Source of the DNA: Planctomycetota bacterium
GTDB lineage: Bacteria > Planctomycetota > PLA2 > JAEUHO01
Length of the DNA: 64,000 bases
Reading direction: 5' to 3'
NCBI GenBank assembly: GCA_050248855.1
Contig: JBFWRP010000012.1
Span: forward strand, 61,156-125,155
The notes under the pieces are model-generated. The model was given only the letters and a program-made list of their open reading frames with translations. It had not been told where the DNA came from and did no database searches. The translations under genes were made by a program, and so were the position numbers. Every line of letters begins with the position of its first letter. Within the stretch, counting starts at the first letter, position 1. Shown in pieces: positions 9,538 through 18,532 of this stretch.

Positions 9538-11916
9538 ATGGGCTCAACGCGAACCGAGTCGCTCGACCGTCGTCACTTCGTCTCGGCCATCTGGCTCTTG
9601 GCGCTCGCCACAGGTGCCACGGGGTGGTTCCCGCCCCAGATCGAGGGCATCGTCTCCGTTCTCCTGGTCCCGTTCTTGACGGCTCAGATCCTTCGGCCAG
9701 GGCCGTCGCTCGACGCACTGCGCCCGGGCGTGGGGGCAGAACTTGTCCGGGTCGGGTTGCTTCTGGCCTTCACTTCCGCCTGGCTCATGCTCCCCGCGTG
9801 GCGGCTCGTCCTGATAGGGGCGCTACTCGCGGTGAGCCTCCGCTCAGGCGGGGGCCGGCTCGCGACGGTCCGGTGCGCGGCGATCGTGGTCGCCCTCTAC
9901 GCTGTGTGGTGGTTCGGCTACACGACGAGCACTCAATTCTACTCGGCGGTCCAAACCACCGCGCGAGCGTACACGCGAGCGATCAGCCGGCCGTTCGGCG
10001 TGCCGCTCGACCTCGGCGCCACCGCGGCGGCCGTCCATGTATTCGTCCTCGGCCTCATCTCGATCGCCGCCGTCCAAGCGCTGCGGGAGAGGCGGGCGCT
10101 CGGACGAACCGCTGCGGTCGTCATCGCTTTCGTCCTCCTCCACGCAATCCACGTCCTGCTCGTAGCACCGGGGATTGCGACTTTTCTTCAGCCGAGCCTG
10201 GGCCAACTCACGCTCCCCCTGGCGCTCTCCTGGGTCCTGATGGCCCTCCTGACGGCGGCGGCTTGGCCGGCACTGCGGGCGGTCCATTTCGCCGTCCCGC
10301 TTCCCGCCCACTTCTCTATCGCGCGACTCGGGGCATGCATCGGCGTCATGATTCTCGCTGGCGTGCTGGCGTGGCCGAAGTCGAAGCAGGCGCCTCTCCT
10401 CGAGGGCAACGTGCTCATTTACGACAAGGGGTACCTCGCTTGGTCCAGCCCGGACTTCGAGTCGTTCGGCCTCCACTCCGGCGGTATGTTCGGTCTCCTC
10501 CCCATGTATCTGGAGGCTCGGGGCCTGCAAGTGCGGCGAGTTGCGGCGCTCGACGCGGAGTCCCTGCGATGGGCCGACGCGATAGTGTTCATCAATCTCC
10601 TCGATGCCCTGTCCGCCGACGAGCACGACGCGGTCTGGGCAGCCGTGGACAACGGAAGCGGGATGCTGCTCCTGGGCGACCACACGGGGGTCGCCGGGAT
10701 CCGGGAACCGTTCAACGATCTACTTTCCCCCGTCGGGATCGAGTTCGGATTTGATAGCGTGAAACCCTTCCTCAGCACATGGCGGGCGGGACTGCGCTCG
10801 TTCCCTGGCATTGTCACCACTGGCGCGACAGACCGGTTCGAGGTGGGCGTGGGTGCATCCTTGTCGATGTCCCAGCCCGCGGACGTAGTGGTATCTGCGG
10901 TATCTGGCTTCGCGGATGCAGGAAACATGGAGAACGCAGACAACGCATACCTTGGCAACATGTCCTACGATGCGGGGGAACCCCTCGGCGACATCCCGGT
11001 CGTCGTGGCCTGCACACACGGCCGCGGGCGCCTCCTCGTGTTCGGAGACACCTCGCCGTTCCAGAACGGGTCGCTCGGCAAGGCCGACCGCTTCGTCACG
11101 GACTGCCTGCGCTGGCTCCTGAATCTCGGGGGTTCCCAAAGCCCGGCGGCCGCGTACCGAGTGGCCCTCGCGACCGTGGCGATTGGCCTTGCGCTCTGGT
11201 TCCTGCTGAGGAGCAGGATCCTCTCCCTCCTGCTGCTCGCCGCGCTCCCGGTGGCGTCGGCGACCGCCCAGCGCGCAGCCGCGGTGGATGATCCCCCGCT
11301 CGCCCTACCGCAGCCCTGGGTCCCGACAGCGGTCGATCTGGGCCACGGATCTGAGGTGGACGAGATGTGGTGGCAGCCAAACTCCCAGGGCGGCCTCCTC
11401 GTGAATCTCCACCGCAACCGCCTGTGGCATTTCGAAACCCGTGACATTGAGTCGGCGCTCCCCCTCGCGAGATGCGCGATCTTGCCAGCGGCCACACTGC
11501 CCTACTCAAGCGCCGAGGTCCGAGCACTGGACTCGTTCCTCCGAGCGCGAGGGCTCGTGATCGCATCCACGGGCCACGACGGACATGAGGGCAGCGAGAG
11601 GCTTCTGCAGAAGTTCGGGGTGACGATCGGTCGGTCCCCTTTCGGTCCAGTCGAGGTCGCGGCCCTCGGGGAGACGGTGAGATTCTGGTGCGCGTACCCG
11701 ATCGAGGGGTACCCCGAAGGTATGGAGGTTCTCGTGGAGGCGTACGGACGGCCCGTCGTAGGACTCTTGCCCGTCGGGCCGGGAGCACTCCTTGTCATCT
11801 CGGACTCCCGGTTTCTGTCGAACGGCAATCTCGAAGGGCGCGATTTCTATGTGCGCGAGAATGTCCACTTCCTCCGAGCGCTCTTCGAGCACCTGAGGGC
11901 GAGTGGAAGGCTGTGA
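9538..11916 (+). CDS. Polytopic membrane protein with two GATase1/DUF4350-like soluble domains
   Basis: Multi-TM N-terminus; GSGMLLLGDHT and GRGRLLVFGD motifs; TM pair; second similar domain (GPGALLVISDSRF). Confidence 0.75.
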   Translation: MGSTRTESLDRRHFVSAIWLLALATGATGWFPPQIEGIVSVLLVPFLTAQILRPGPSLDALRPGVGAELVRVGLLLAFTSAWLMLPAWRLVLIGALLAVSLRSGGGRLATVRCAAIVVALYAVWWFGYTTSTQFYSAVQTTARAYTRAISRPFGVPLDLGATAAAVHVFVLGLISIAAVQALRERRALGRTAAVVIAFVLLHAIHVLLVAPGIATFLQPSLGQLTLPLALSWVLMALLTAAAWPALRAVHFAVPLPAHFSIARLGACIGVMILAGVLAWPKSKQAPLLEGNVLIYDKGYLAWSSPDFESFGLHSGGMFGLLPMYLEARGLQVRRVAALDAESLRWADAIVFINLLDALSADEHDAVWAAVDNGSGMLLLGDHTGVAGIREPFNDLLSPVGIEFGFDSVKPFLSTWRAGLRSFPGIVTTGATDRFEVGVGASLSMSQPADVVVSAVSGFADAGNMENADNAYLGNMSYDAGEPLGDIPVVVACTHGRGRLLVFGDTSPFQNGSLGKADRFVTDCLRWLLNLGGSQSPAAAYRVALATVAIGLALWFLLRSRILSLLLLAALPVASATAQRAAAVDDPPLALPQPWVPTAVDLGHGSEVDEMWWQPNSQGGLLVNLHRNRLWHFETRDIESALPLARCAILPAATLPYSSAEVRALDSFLRARGLVIASTGHDGHEGSERLLQKFGVTIGRSPFGPVEVAALGETVRFWCAYPIEGYPEGMEVLVEAYGRPVVGLLPVGPGALLVISDSRFLSNGNLEGRDFYVRENVHFLRALFEHLRASGRL

Positions 11917-14408
11917 GCACGATCTGGCTCGGTGTCGTGTGCCTGGCTGGATGGTGGATCTCCGTTTCCCGGGACTTCCCGTCCACGGAGAGATGGCCCT
12001 GGGAGTGGGCGCTCGCCGGCTTACTCCTCTGCCAACTGGCACGCGGCCACGTCGCTCGGACGCAAATCCACGTACGTACCACGATCGGGCTCGCCGGCCT
12101 TCTCGGGGTGGTCGCGGTCTTCATCCCTGTCGCAGAGTTCCGGGCGGTCGTACTCGTCTTGGCCGGCGCCTACGTCGCTTCCGCGGTGCTCTCCCGGCAT
12201 CGTCGAATGGAGTGGGTCTCGGCGGGGGCCCTCACAGCCGCCGCAATCCTAGTGTTCCAGGGCCTCGGCGTGGTCGTGTACTCCGTGCTTGCGCATCGCC
12301 TTCACGCGCTGGGCGCAGCGGGGGTGAGTGTCGTGGCGTTCGTGCTGCGCCTCCTCGGGGTGAGCGCGGCCGAGCGAGCCGGTCAGCTCCTCCTTGCGGA
12401 GCCCGACGGAGCCGTATCCCTCGAGCTGGGTTGGGAGCACGCCGGCTTGCTCATGCTCCTCCTCGTCGCGATGGCCGCAATTCCCGTGGCCTGCTTGCAC
12501 GCGCGCCGTCCGCTCTCGCTTCTCGGGAGGATACTGCTGATCCTTGGGGCCTACTCGCTTGCGAGGCTCGTGGTTCTAACGGCGGTCTACTCCGTGATGC
12601 CGTTCGGCCGGATCTTCTGGAGCCCTACGGCACAGATCGTCTCGTTCCTCCCGCTCGGGATCATCCTCGGTCGCCTCTTTCGCCCTGATCTGCCGGCGCG
12701 GAGCTTGGCGCTTGCACGCGTGGACTTCCCTGGGTGGATGAGGATCGGCGGCGCGGCAGCTGCCTCGCTCGCCGCGGTCGCGCTCATCGTGTTCGCCGTG
12801 ACGTTCGCCGATCCTGGAGTCAAGAAGCAGGGTCGCGTCGTCGTGGACGAGGGTCACAGCGACTGGGAGTGGTCCGACGAGCCCCTGGGCATCGAGAAGT
12901 ACGGGCTGCGCTCGACATACAGCTTCACGAGCATGTTTGACCACCTAGCCAAGATTTGGCGGGTGGACCGCACGAGGGAGCAACTCACGCCTGCGTCCCT
13001 CTCCAACGTTGACGTGCTCGTATTGAAGATGCCGACGAGTCCGTACTCCGACACGGAAGTTGAGGCGGTTGTCGCATTCGTCGAGGCCGGGGGCGGTTTG
13101 TGGCTGATCGGCGATCACACAGACGTTTTCGGTTCGAGCACGTATTTGAACGCGGTCAGCGAACGGTTCGGCATTCAGTTCTGTTTCGACTACGTCTTCG
13201 ACCTGGGGACGGGCGGGTTGGATGTCTACCGGCGGCCCCCCGTAGCGCCACATCCCGTCGTGCGCCACGTTCCGCCGTTCATGTTCGCGACGGGATGCAG
13301 CCTGTCCACGAGCCTCGCCTGCGACTCCGTCATGACGGGAGTGAGACTGGGGTCTCTGAGGGGGGACTACTCCCAGAAGAACTTCTTCCCCGTCCCGGGA
13401 CCGCGCGAGAGCCTCCGATTCGGCTCGTTCTGCCAGATGGCGTCACGGCTCCACGGCCGCGGGCGCGTGCTGGCGTTCAGCGACAGCACGTCGTTCAGTA
13501 GCTTCTTCTTCTTCATGCCGGGCAAGGTGGAGTTGGCCCTTGGGAGTGTAGACTGGCTGAATCGGACGAACGCATGGTCCTGGGCCAATCAGGTAGCCAG
13601 TTGGCTCGGCCTACTGGCGGCTGGCGTGGCGATTCTGGTCCTCCGCCGGCTTCCCGTGTCGTTCGCTCTCGCTGCGGTCGTGGGCGGTGCCATCACGGGA
13701 GGCACGGCGGCCTTGCATGTGTCGGATGCGCTGGGCGCCGCAGCATACCCCACGGTCGAAGTCGAGGGTGAGCGTCGTTGGGTCGGGTTCGACTTGGCGC
13801 ACTCTGGCATCTTCCTGCCGATCGAGCGCCTGCAGTCTCCCGTCGATATCGACTACAGCACCTTCTTCGTGTGGACGCAGCGCCTCGGATACACCCCAGT
13901 GGCCTGCGACGGCTTGGACGCGTGCCTCGACAGGACGGGGATGATCGTCTTGGCAGAACCGGGCCATGCCCCATCCGACGTGCAGCTCCGAGCCCTGCGT
14001 GACTACGTGGAACGTGGAGGAGGTCTGCTCGTCCTGTTCCGAGAGGGCGCAGGGAGCGCCGCGGGACGCAGGATCCTCGACGTGATGGGCGGCATCGAAA
14101 TCGGGTCCGGCGCCGTCGAGGAGACGCGGCTTGCTCATCCGCACAGCGGCGTGTCGATCCAGGAGTGGGTTGAAGTTCTGGGCGGCACGCCACTCGTGCA
14201 TACGCAGGGCGGCAGCATCGTCGCCGCGATGGAGTCCGTCGGCGATGGCAGGGTCGTCGCTTGCGGTATCAGCGGCGTACTGCACGCTTCTCACATGGGA
14301 ACGACTGGCTCCGTCCCCACGCCGGAGCAGTTGGCGACCTACACTCTCGCATACTTGTTGCTTCGCAAAGCCATGGGAGACGAACAACCTGCGTCGGACG
14401 CGAGGTAG
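11913..14408 (+). CDS. Polytopic membrane protein with exo/archaeosortase-like region and two GATase1/DUF4350-like domains (paralog of the preceding gene)
   Basis: GTGA overlap with preceding gene; LELGWEHAG...YSLARL; VVVDEGHSDWE, GGGLWLIGDHT and GRGRVLAFSD motifs. Confidence 0.75.
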   Translation: MSTIWLGVVCLAGWWISVSRDFPSTERWPWEWALAGLLLCQLARGHVARTQIHVRTTIGLAGLLGVVAVFIPVAEFRAVVLVLAGAYVASAVLSRHRRMEWVSAGALTAAAILVFQGLGVVVYSVLAHRLHALGAAGVSVVAFVLRLLGVSAAERAGQLLLAEPDGAVSLELGWEHAGLLMLLLVAMAAIPVACLHARRPLSLLGRILLILGAYSLARLVVLTAVYSVMPFGRIFWSPTAQIVSFLPLGIILGRLFRPDLPARSLALARVDFPGWMRIGGAAAASLAAVALIVFAVTFADPGVKKQGRVVVDEGHSDWEWSDEPLGIEKYGLRSTYSFTSMFDHLAKIWRVDRTREQLTPASLSNVDVLVLKMPTSPYSDTEVEAVVAFVEAGGGLWLIGDHTDVFGSSTYLNAVSERFGIQFCFDYVFDLGTGGLDVYRRPPVAPHPVVRHVPPFMFATGCSLSTSLACDSVMTGVRLGSLRGDYSQKNFFPVPGPRESLRFGSFCQMASRLHGRGRVLAFSDSTSFSSFFFFMPGKVELALGSVDWLNRTNAWSWANQVASWLGLLAAGVAILVLRRLPVSFALAAVVGGAITGGTAALHVSDALGAAAYPTVEVEGERRWVGFDLAHSGIFLPIERLQSPVDIDYSTFFVWTQRLGYTPVACDGLDACLDRTGMIVLAEPGHAPSDVQLRALRDYVERGGGLLVLFREGAGSAAGRRILDVMGGIEIGSGAVEETRLAHPHSGVSIQEWVEVLGGTPLVHTQGGSIVAAMESVGDGRVVACGISGVLHASHMGTTGSVPTPEQLATYTLAYLLLRKAMGDEQPASDAR

Positions 14409-14497
14409 TCAACCGCGAGGGGCAGCGTGCGTAATTTGGGGTCGTACGGACCCCTTCGGCCTCCAGGGACAAGGGCCAGCCTGCGCCACGCTTGTTC

Positions 14498-16219
14498 TCA
14501 GGCAGCATGGGCGGACTCCATCAGCACGGGGTCGAGCAGCGCGGCCAGCACCGCGTCGGCGAGCGCAGCGGCACGCTCGGCCTCGCCGGGGCGCGATGCC
14601 GTGAGGTCGGCGACGGCCCACGCCGCCGCGACCGCGTCGAGGTCGGCAGGCTTCACGCGGGCGGCCGGGTGGCGCGCCGCGATGACGTCGAGCGCGAGGC
14701 CGGCCGGTTCGAAGGCCTCGACCACGCGCTCGCGCAGCTTCGCGTAGAAGCCCCTCGCCCACTGGTCGAGCGCGGCGGGGTTCGCGCCGTTCTTCTTCAT
14801 CGCGGCGGCGAGCTCGTGCGCCTCCTTCTTCGCGAGCAGCGTCGCCGTGTGGAGGAGCATCGGCCGGAGAGCCTCGGCCTCGGCCCGCACGCCCCGCCAG
14901 GCGGCCTCCGGATCCTCCTCCCCGTCGTCCCCGGGCTTGGGGCGTTGGGGCGGCGGGGGCGGCGGCGTCTCCTTCGGCTTCGCGCCAGCGTCCTCGAGTT
15001 TCGTCATCTGCGCCTGGACGCGGTACTCGTCGGCGGCCGGATCCTCGATCGGGTTCATGTCCTCGAGGTCGCGGATGTCGTTCTGCGAGAGCCAGCCGTC
15101 CCGGTAGCCCGCGGCGTAGTAGGCGATGCGTGTGGCCACGTCGCCGCGCAGCAGTCCCTGCAGCACGAAGCGCACGAACAGGCCGCCCGCGACCTCGTCC
15201 TCCGTCAGGAGCTTGGCCGCGATCTCCTCCTCCCAGGTCTGGACCTGGGGCGTGAGGAAGTCCACCACGTAGTCGGTGTTGAGCGCATCGAGCGAAGACC
15301 AGCCCTGAGCCCGCTTGAAGTACTGGATCTTCGCCAACTGCATCCGGAACCAGCGGGCTACCTCCTCGACGCCGAATTCGCGCTGCTCAAGGAACTGCGC
15401 CTCCTCGGGCGGGATCCCGAGGTCCTTGACGTCCACCTCGACGTCCACGATGGGCATGCGCCGCGAGCCGACGGGGTTCTTCTCGCGGTCGCCCTCGATG
15501 CGCTTGCGGAGGGCCTCGCGCGCGTCGGCGTTGAGCGTCTGCTTCGTGAAGGCCACGAGGCGCTTGGCCAGGCCCTCGCCGAAGAACGCCGCCGCGTGGC
15601 GCTGCGCGGCGAGCCCCAAACCCAGCGTCTCGGAGGCGAAGCGAACGACCGAGTAGCCCTCGACCCCCGACCCCATGCCGCGAAGGTGGAACACGTCGCG
15701 CGGTGCGAACGGTGCCTCGCGCCCACCCTCGCCGCGCACGTGGTAGACGAGCGTGCGGCCGTCGCCCTTGAGCTCGGGCCGCACCCGTCCCGGGTGGACG
15801 GGCCAGAGTTCGACGGGCGCGCCCGTGCCGTCGCGGAGGATCTCGGCGTAGGCGTTGCCCCAGCCCATGCGTCGGTGCTGCATCACCTGCGCGAACACAC
15901 CCCACGACATGATCGGGTTGGGCCGCTTGAGCAGGCGCGCGAGTGGATGGTCGTGGACCAGGTCGCTACCGCGCTTCTCCCCGCGCGAGCGCCGAAGCTG
16001 GCGCGGGAGCTTGGCCACGTCCTCGGCGCCGTTCCGCAGGCACGCGTAGTAGGCCGAGAGCCCGAGCGCGGACTCGGCCGTCACGTGCTCACCGCTCGCG
16101 GTCTTGCGCCCGAGCACGAACTCGGTGAGCCAGAGCGCGGGGTTGCGGAGGTCCGTCACACCGCCGTGCGACACGCTGGCCATGGCCCGCCCGCCCAGGA
16201 GATCGAGGAAGAGGCTCAT
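14498..16219 (-). CDS. Phage portal protein, HK97 family, with C-terminal extension
   Basis: ALGLSAYYAC, GNAYAEI, ELWPVHP, VFHLRG, EAQFLEQREF and NDIRDLEDMNP motifs. Confidence 0.95.
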   Translation of the reverse strand: MSLFLDLLGGRAMASVSHGGVTDLRNPALWLTEFVLGRKTASGEHVTAESALGLSAYYACLRNGAEDVAKLPRQLRRSRGEKRGSDLVHDHPLARLLKRPNPIMSWGVFAQVMQHRRMGWGNAYAEILRDGTGAPVELWPVHPGRVRPELKGDGRTLVYHVRGEGGREAPFAPRDVFHLRGMGSGVEGYSVVRFASETLGLGLAAQRHAAAFFGEGLAKRLVAFTKQTLNADAREALRKRIEGDREKNPVGSRRMPIVDVEVDVKDLGIPPEEAQFLEQREFGVEEVARWFRMQLAKIQYFKRAQGWSSLDALNTDYVVDFLTPQVQTWEEEIAAKLLTEDEVAGGLFVRFVLQGLLRGDVATRIAYYAAGYRDGWLSQNDIRDLEDMNPIEDPAADEYRVQAQMTKLEDAGAKPKETPPPPPPQRPKPGDDGEEDPEAAWRGVRAEAEALRPMLLHTATLLAKKEAHELAAAMKKNGANPAALDQWARGFYAKLRERVVEAFEPAGLALDVIAARHPAARVKPADLDAVAAAWAVADLTASRPGEAERAAALADAVLAALLDPVLMESAHAA

Positions 16220-16371
16220 CGGAGCCCCCGAAGGCGCCGGCCGACGTAGAGGTCGAGCCACAGGCAGGCGCCGAGCACCAGCCACCCGGCCGGCCGGTAG
16301 ACCTGGCCGGCGCCGTAGGCGAGGAGCCCCCACGAGGCGAGCAGCATCACGAGGGCGAGGGCGCGGGTCAC
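16216..16371 (-). CDS. Small hydrophobic protein between TerL and portal
   Basis: 51 aa with 2 TM; overlaps both neighbours by 4 nt; usual position in HK97-like packaging modules. Confidence 0.7.
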   Translation of the reverse strand: MTRALALVMLLASWGLLAYGAGQVYRPAGWLVLGACLWLDLYVGRRLRGLR

Positions 16372-18044
16372 GCCAGCACCCCGTCGCCCGAGAGCAGGGC
16401 GTCCTCGATGCTGGGCCCTGAGGGCGGGATCGCGAGCGCCACGCCCAGCGCCATGATCAGCGCCGTCATGCCATCGATCTTCTCGCGGCTCTTCTTCTTG
16501 CTCGGCTTCCAGTTGTCTGCGGCGTCCTTCTCCCACATCAGGTTGCTCGCCATCCACGACAGCACCGGGTGCCCGCCGTGCTGCAGGGCGCTGGAGCGAA
16601 CGAGCACGTCCAGGTGCTTGGACGGGGCGTTCATCGACACGAAGCCCTGCCCGAACAGCACGACCTCGATCCCGGCGTCCTGGAGGTGCGTCACGACCTG
16701 GGCGGCGCCGTAGCGGTCAAAGCCCAGGCAGTTGATCCGGTAGCGCTTGGAGAGCTCGATCACCGTCCGCTCGACGTGGTCGAAGTCGGTGGCACTCCCC
16801 TCGGTCAGGTTCAGGAACCCGTCACGCGCCCACGCCGTGTAGGGAACGCGGTGCCGCTTCTCGCGAACCACGGCGCCCTCCTTGGGGCACCAGAAGAAGG
16901 GCAGCACGGCGTTGCCGTGGTCGGGGAACACGAGCACGAGGCCCGTCAGGTCCTCCGTGCTGGCCAGGTCCAGGCCTGCGTAACACTCGCGGCCTTCGAG
17001 CGCCGTCGCGAGCTCGTGGAAGCTCCGCCCGCCACGGCAGGCCTCCCACTGGCGCATGTCGAAGGCAGCGATGTCGGCGTTCGTCTTGATGTTGAGGTGG
17101 AGGCGCAGGAACGTGTTCAGGTACGCGGGCGACTCCTTGGCGCGGGAGCACTCGCGCTCCAGGTAGTCCTCCTTCACCGACACCCCGAGGTTGGGGTTGG
17201 CCTTCAGCCACGTGCGCGGGTCGTCCCAGGGGTCCTCGATCGATGCCTCGTAGATCACGGGCAGGAACGACGCGTCGGCGAGCGCCCCGTCGCGGACCTT
17301 CTTCGCGTACTCGTGCTTCTCGTTGCAGATCGAGATGCGCTCGTAGTCCGACGTCGTGATGTGGACGGTCAACGGCTGGCGGCGGGAGCCGGTGCCGGTC
17401 TGGAGCACGTCCACGAGGTCGCGCGTCGGGTGCGCGTGCAGCTCGTCGATCACGGCCCCGTGTACCGAGAGGCCGTGCTTGGTCTGGGCATCGGCCGTCA
17501 ACGCCCGGAAGATCGATCCCGTCTCGCCCACTTCGATCGACTTGAACGCGCGGTAGACGCGCGTGCGGGTGGCGAGCTCCGGGCGCTTTGCCACCATCTG
17601 CATGGCGTGCCGGAAGATCAGGGCGGCCTGGGACTGCTCGGCCGCGGCGCTGTAGACCTGACCGCCCGGCTCGCCATCGCAGAGCAGCAGGTACAGCGCA
17701 AGCCCTGCGGCGAGGCTCGTCTTCCCGTTCTTGCGGGCGACGAACACCAGCGCCTCGCGGTAGCGCCGAAGGCCCGTGCGCCCGTCCACCCAGCCGAACA
17801 GGTTCCCGACGATGGCCGCCTGCCAGGGCTCGAGGTCGAACGGCTCGCCGGCGCGCTCGCCCTCCACGAACACGAGCATGTCGTGGAAGAACGCGATCGC
17901 GCGGCGCGCCAGCCCCACATCGAAGCGGTGGCTCGGGATCGCCGTCGTCCACGGGTCATACCCGGGGATCCCCGTGCGGCAGACCGCCTCGAGGCCGGCG
18001 TCGCCCCAGCGGGCGATCGGCAGGTTGGGGTCGCCGGCACTCAT
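16368..18044 (-). CDS. terL: Terminase large subunit
   Basis: LEPWQ, ARKNGKT (Walker A), IDELH (Walker B), GLDLAS and KIDG motifs. Confidence 0.96.
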   Translation of the reverse strand: MSAGDPNLPIARWGDAGLEAVCRTGIPGYDPWTTAIPSHRFDVGLARRAIAFFHDMLVFVEGERAGEPFDLEPWQAAIVGNLFGWVDGRTGLRRYREALVFVARKNGKTSLAAGLALYLLLCDGEPGGQVYSAAAEQSQAALIFRHAMQMVAKRPELATRTRVYRAFKSIEVGETGSIFRALTADAQTKHGLSVHGAVIDELHAHPTRDLVDVLQTGTGSRRQPLTVHITTSDYERISICNEKHEYAKKVRDGALADASFLPVIYEASIEDPWDDPRTWLKANPNLGVSVKEDYLERECSRAKESPAYLNTFLRLHLNIKTNADIAAFDMRQWEACRGGRSFHELATALEGRECYAGLDLASTEDLTGLVLVFPDHGNAVLPFFWCPKEGAVVREKRHRVPYTAWARDGFLNLTEGSATDFDHVERTVIELSKRYRINCLGFDRYGAAQVVTHLQDAGIEVVLFGQGFVSMNAPSKHLDVLVRSSALQHGGHPVLSWMASNLMWEKDAADNWKPSKKKSREKIDGMTALIMALGVALAIPPSGPSIEDALLSGDGVLA

Positions 18045-18532
18045 CCGCCGAGCCTCGCGGGCTGGAAGTAATGGTCGAAGGCGGGCGCGGCCGCGGCGGG
18101 CGGCTCCGCGGTCATGCGCGCGCGTGCCGAGGGCGTCATCCCGTACTCCCGCTCGACGCGAAGGAGCAGCTCGTGGATCTGGATCATGTTGCGGACCTGC
18201 GGGTAGGACCGCACGCCCACGACCTCGCCGCGCGCGTTTTTGACCGGGTGGGCGTGGCCCGACTTGCGCACGAAGTCGAGCATGTCGTCCCACACCGCCG
18301 AGAACTCGCAGTACCGGGCGAAGGCGACCCCGTCGAAGTTGGCGAGCATCCCGGCCGCCTCAAGCTGCGGGACGACCTGGTCCCACACGAGGGCAGCCCG
18401 ATCGGTCATCCCGCCGGGGCGAGGAGGCGCGCTCCGCGCGGGCCGAGGCTCGGCGGGACGCGTCTTCGCGCGCCAGCTCCCGCGGAGCGCGAGCTTCCTC
18501 GTCGGCATCGGGGAGGGCCCGGGCTTGCTCAC
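18041..18532 (-). CDS. terS: Terminase small subunit, P27 family
   Basis: GPSPMPT..L.LRG N-terminus; ARYC; EYGMTPSARAR. Confidence 0.92.
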   Translation of the reverse strand: MSKPGPSPMPTRKLALRGSWRAKTRPAEPRPARSAPPRPGGMTDRAALVWDQVVPQLEAAGMLANFDGVAFARYCEFSAVWDDMLDFVRKSGHAHPVKNARGEVVGVRSYPQVRNMIQIHELLLRVEREYGMTPSARARMTAEPPAAAAPAFDHYFQPARLGG

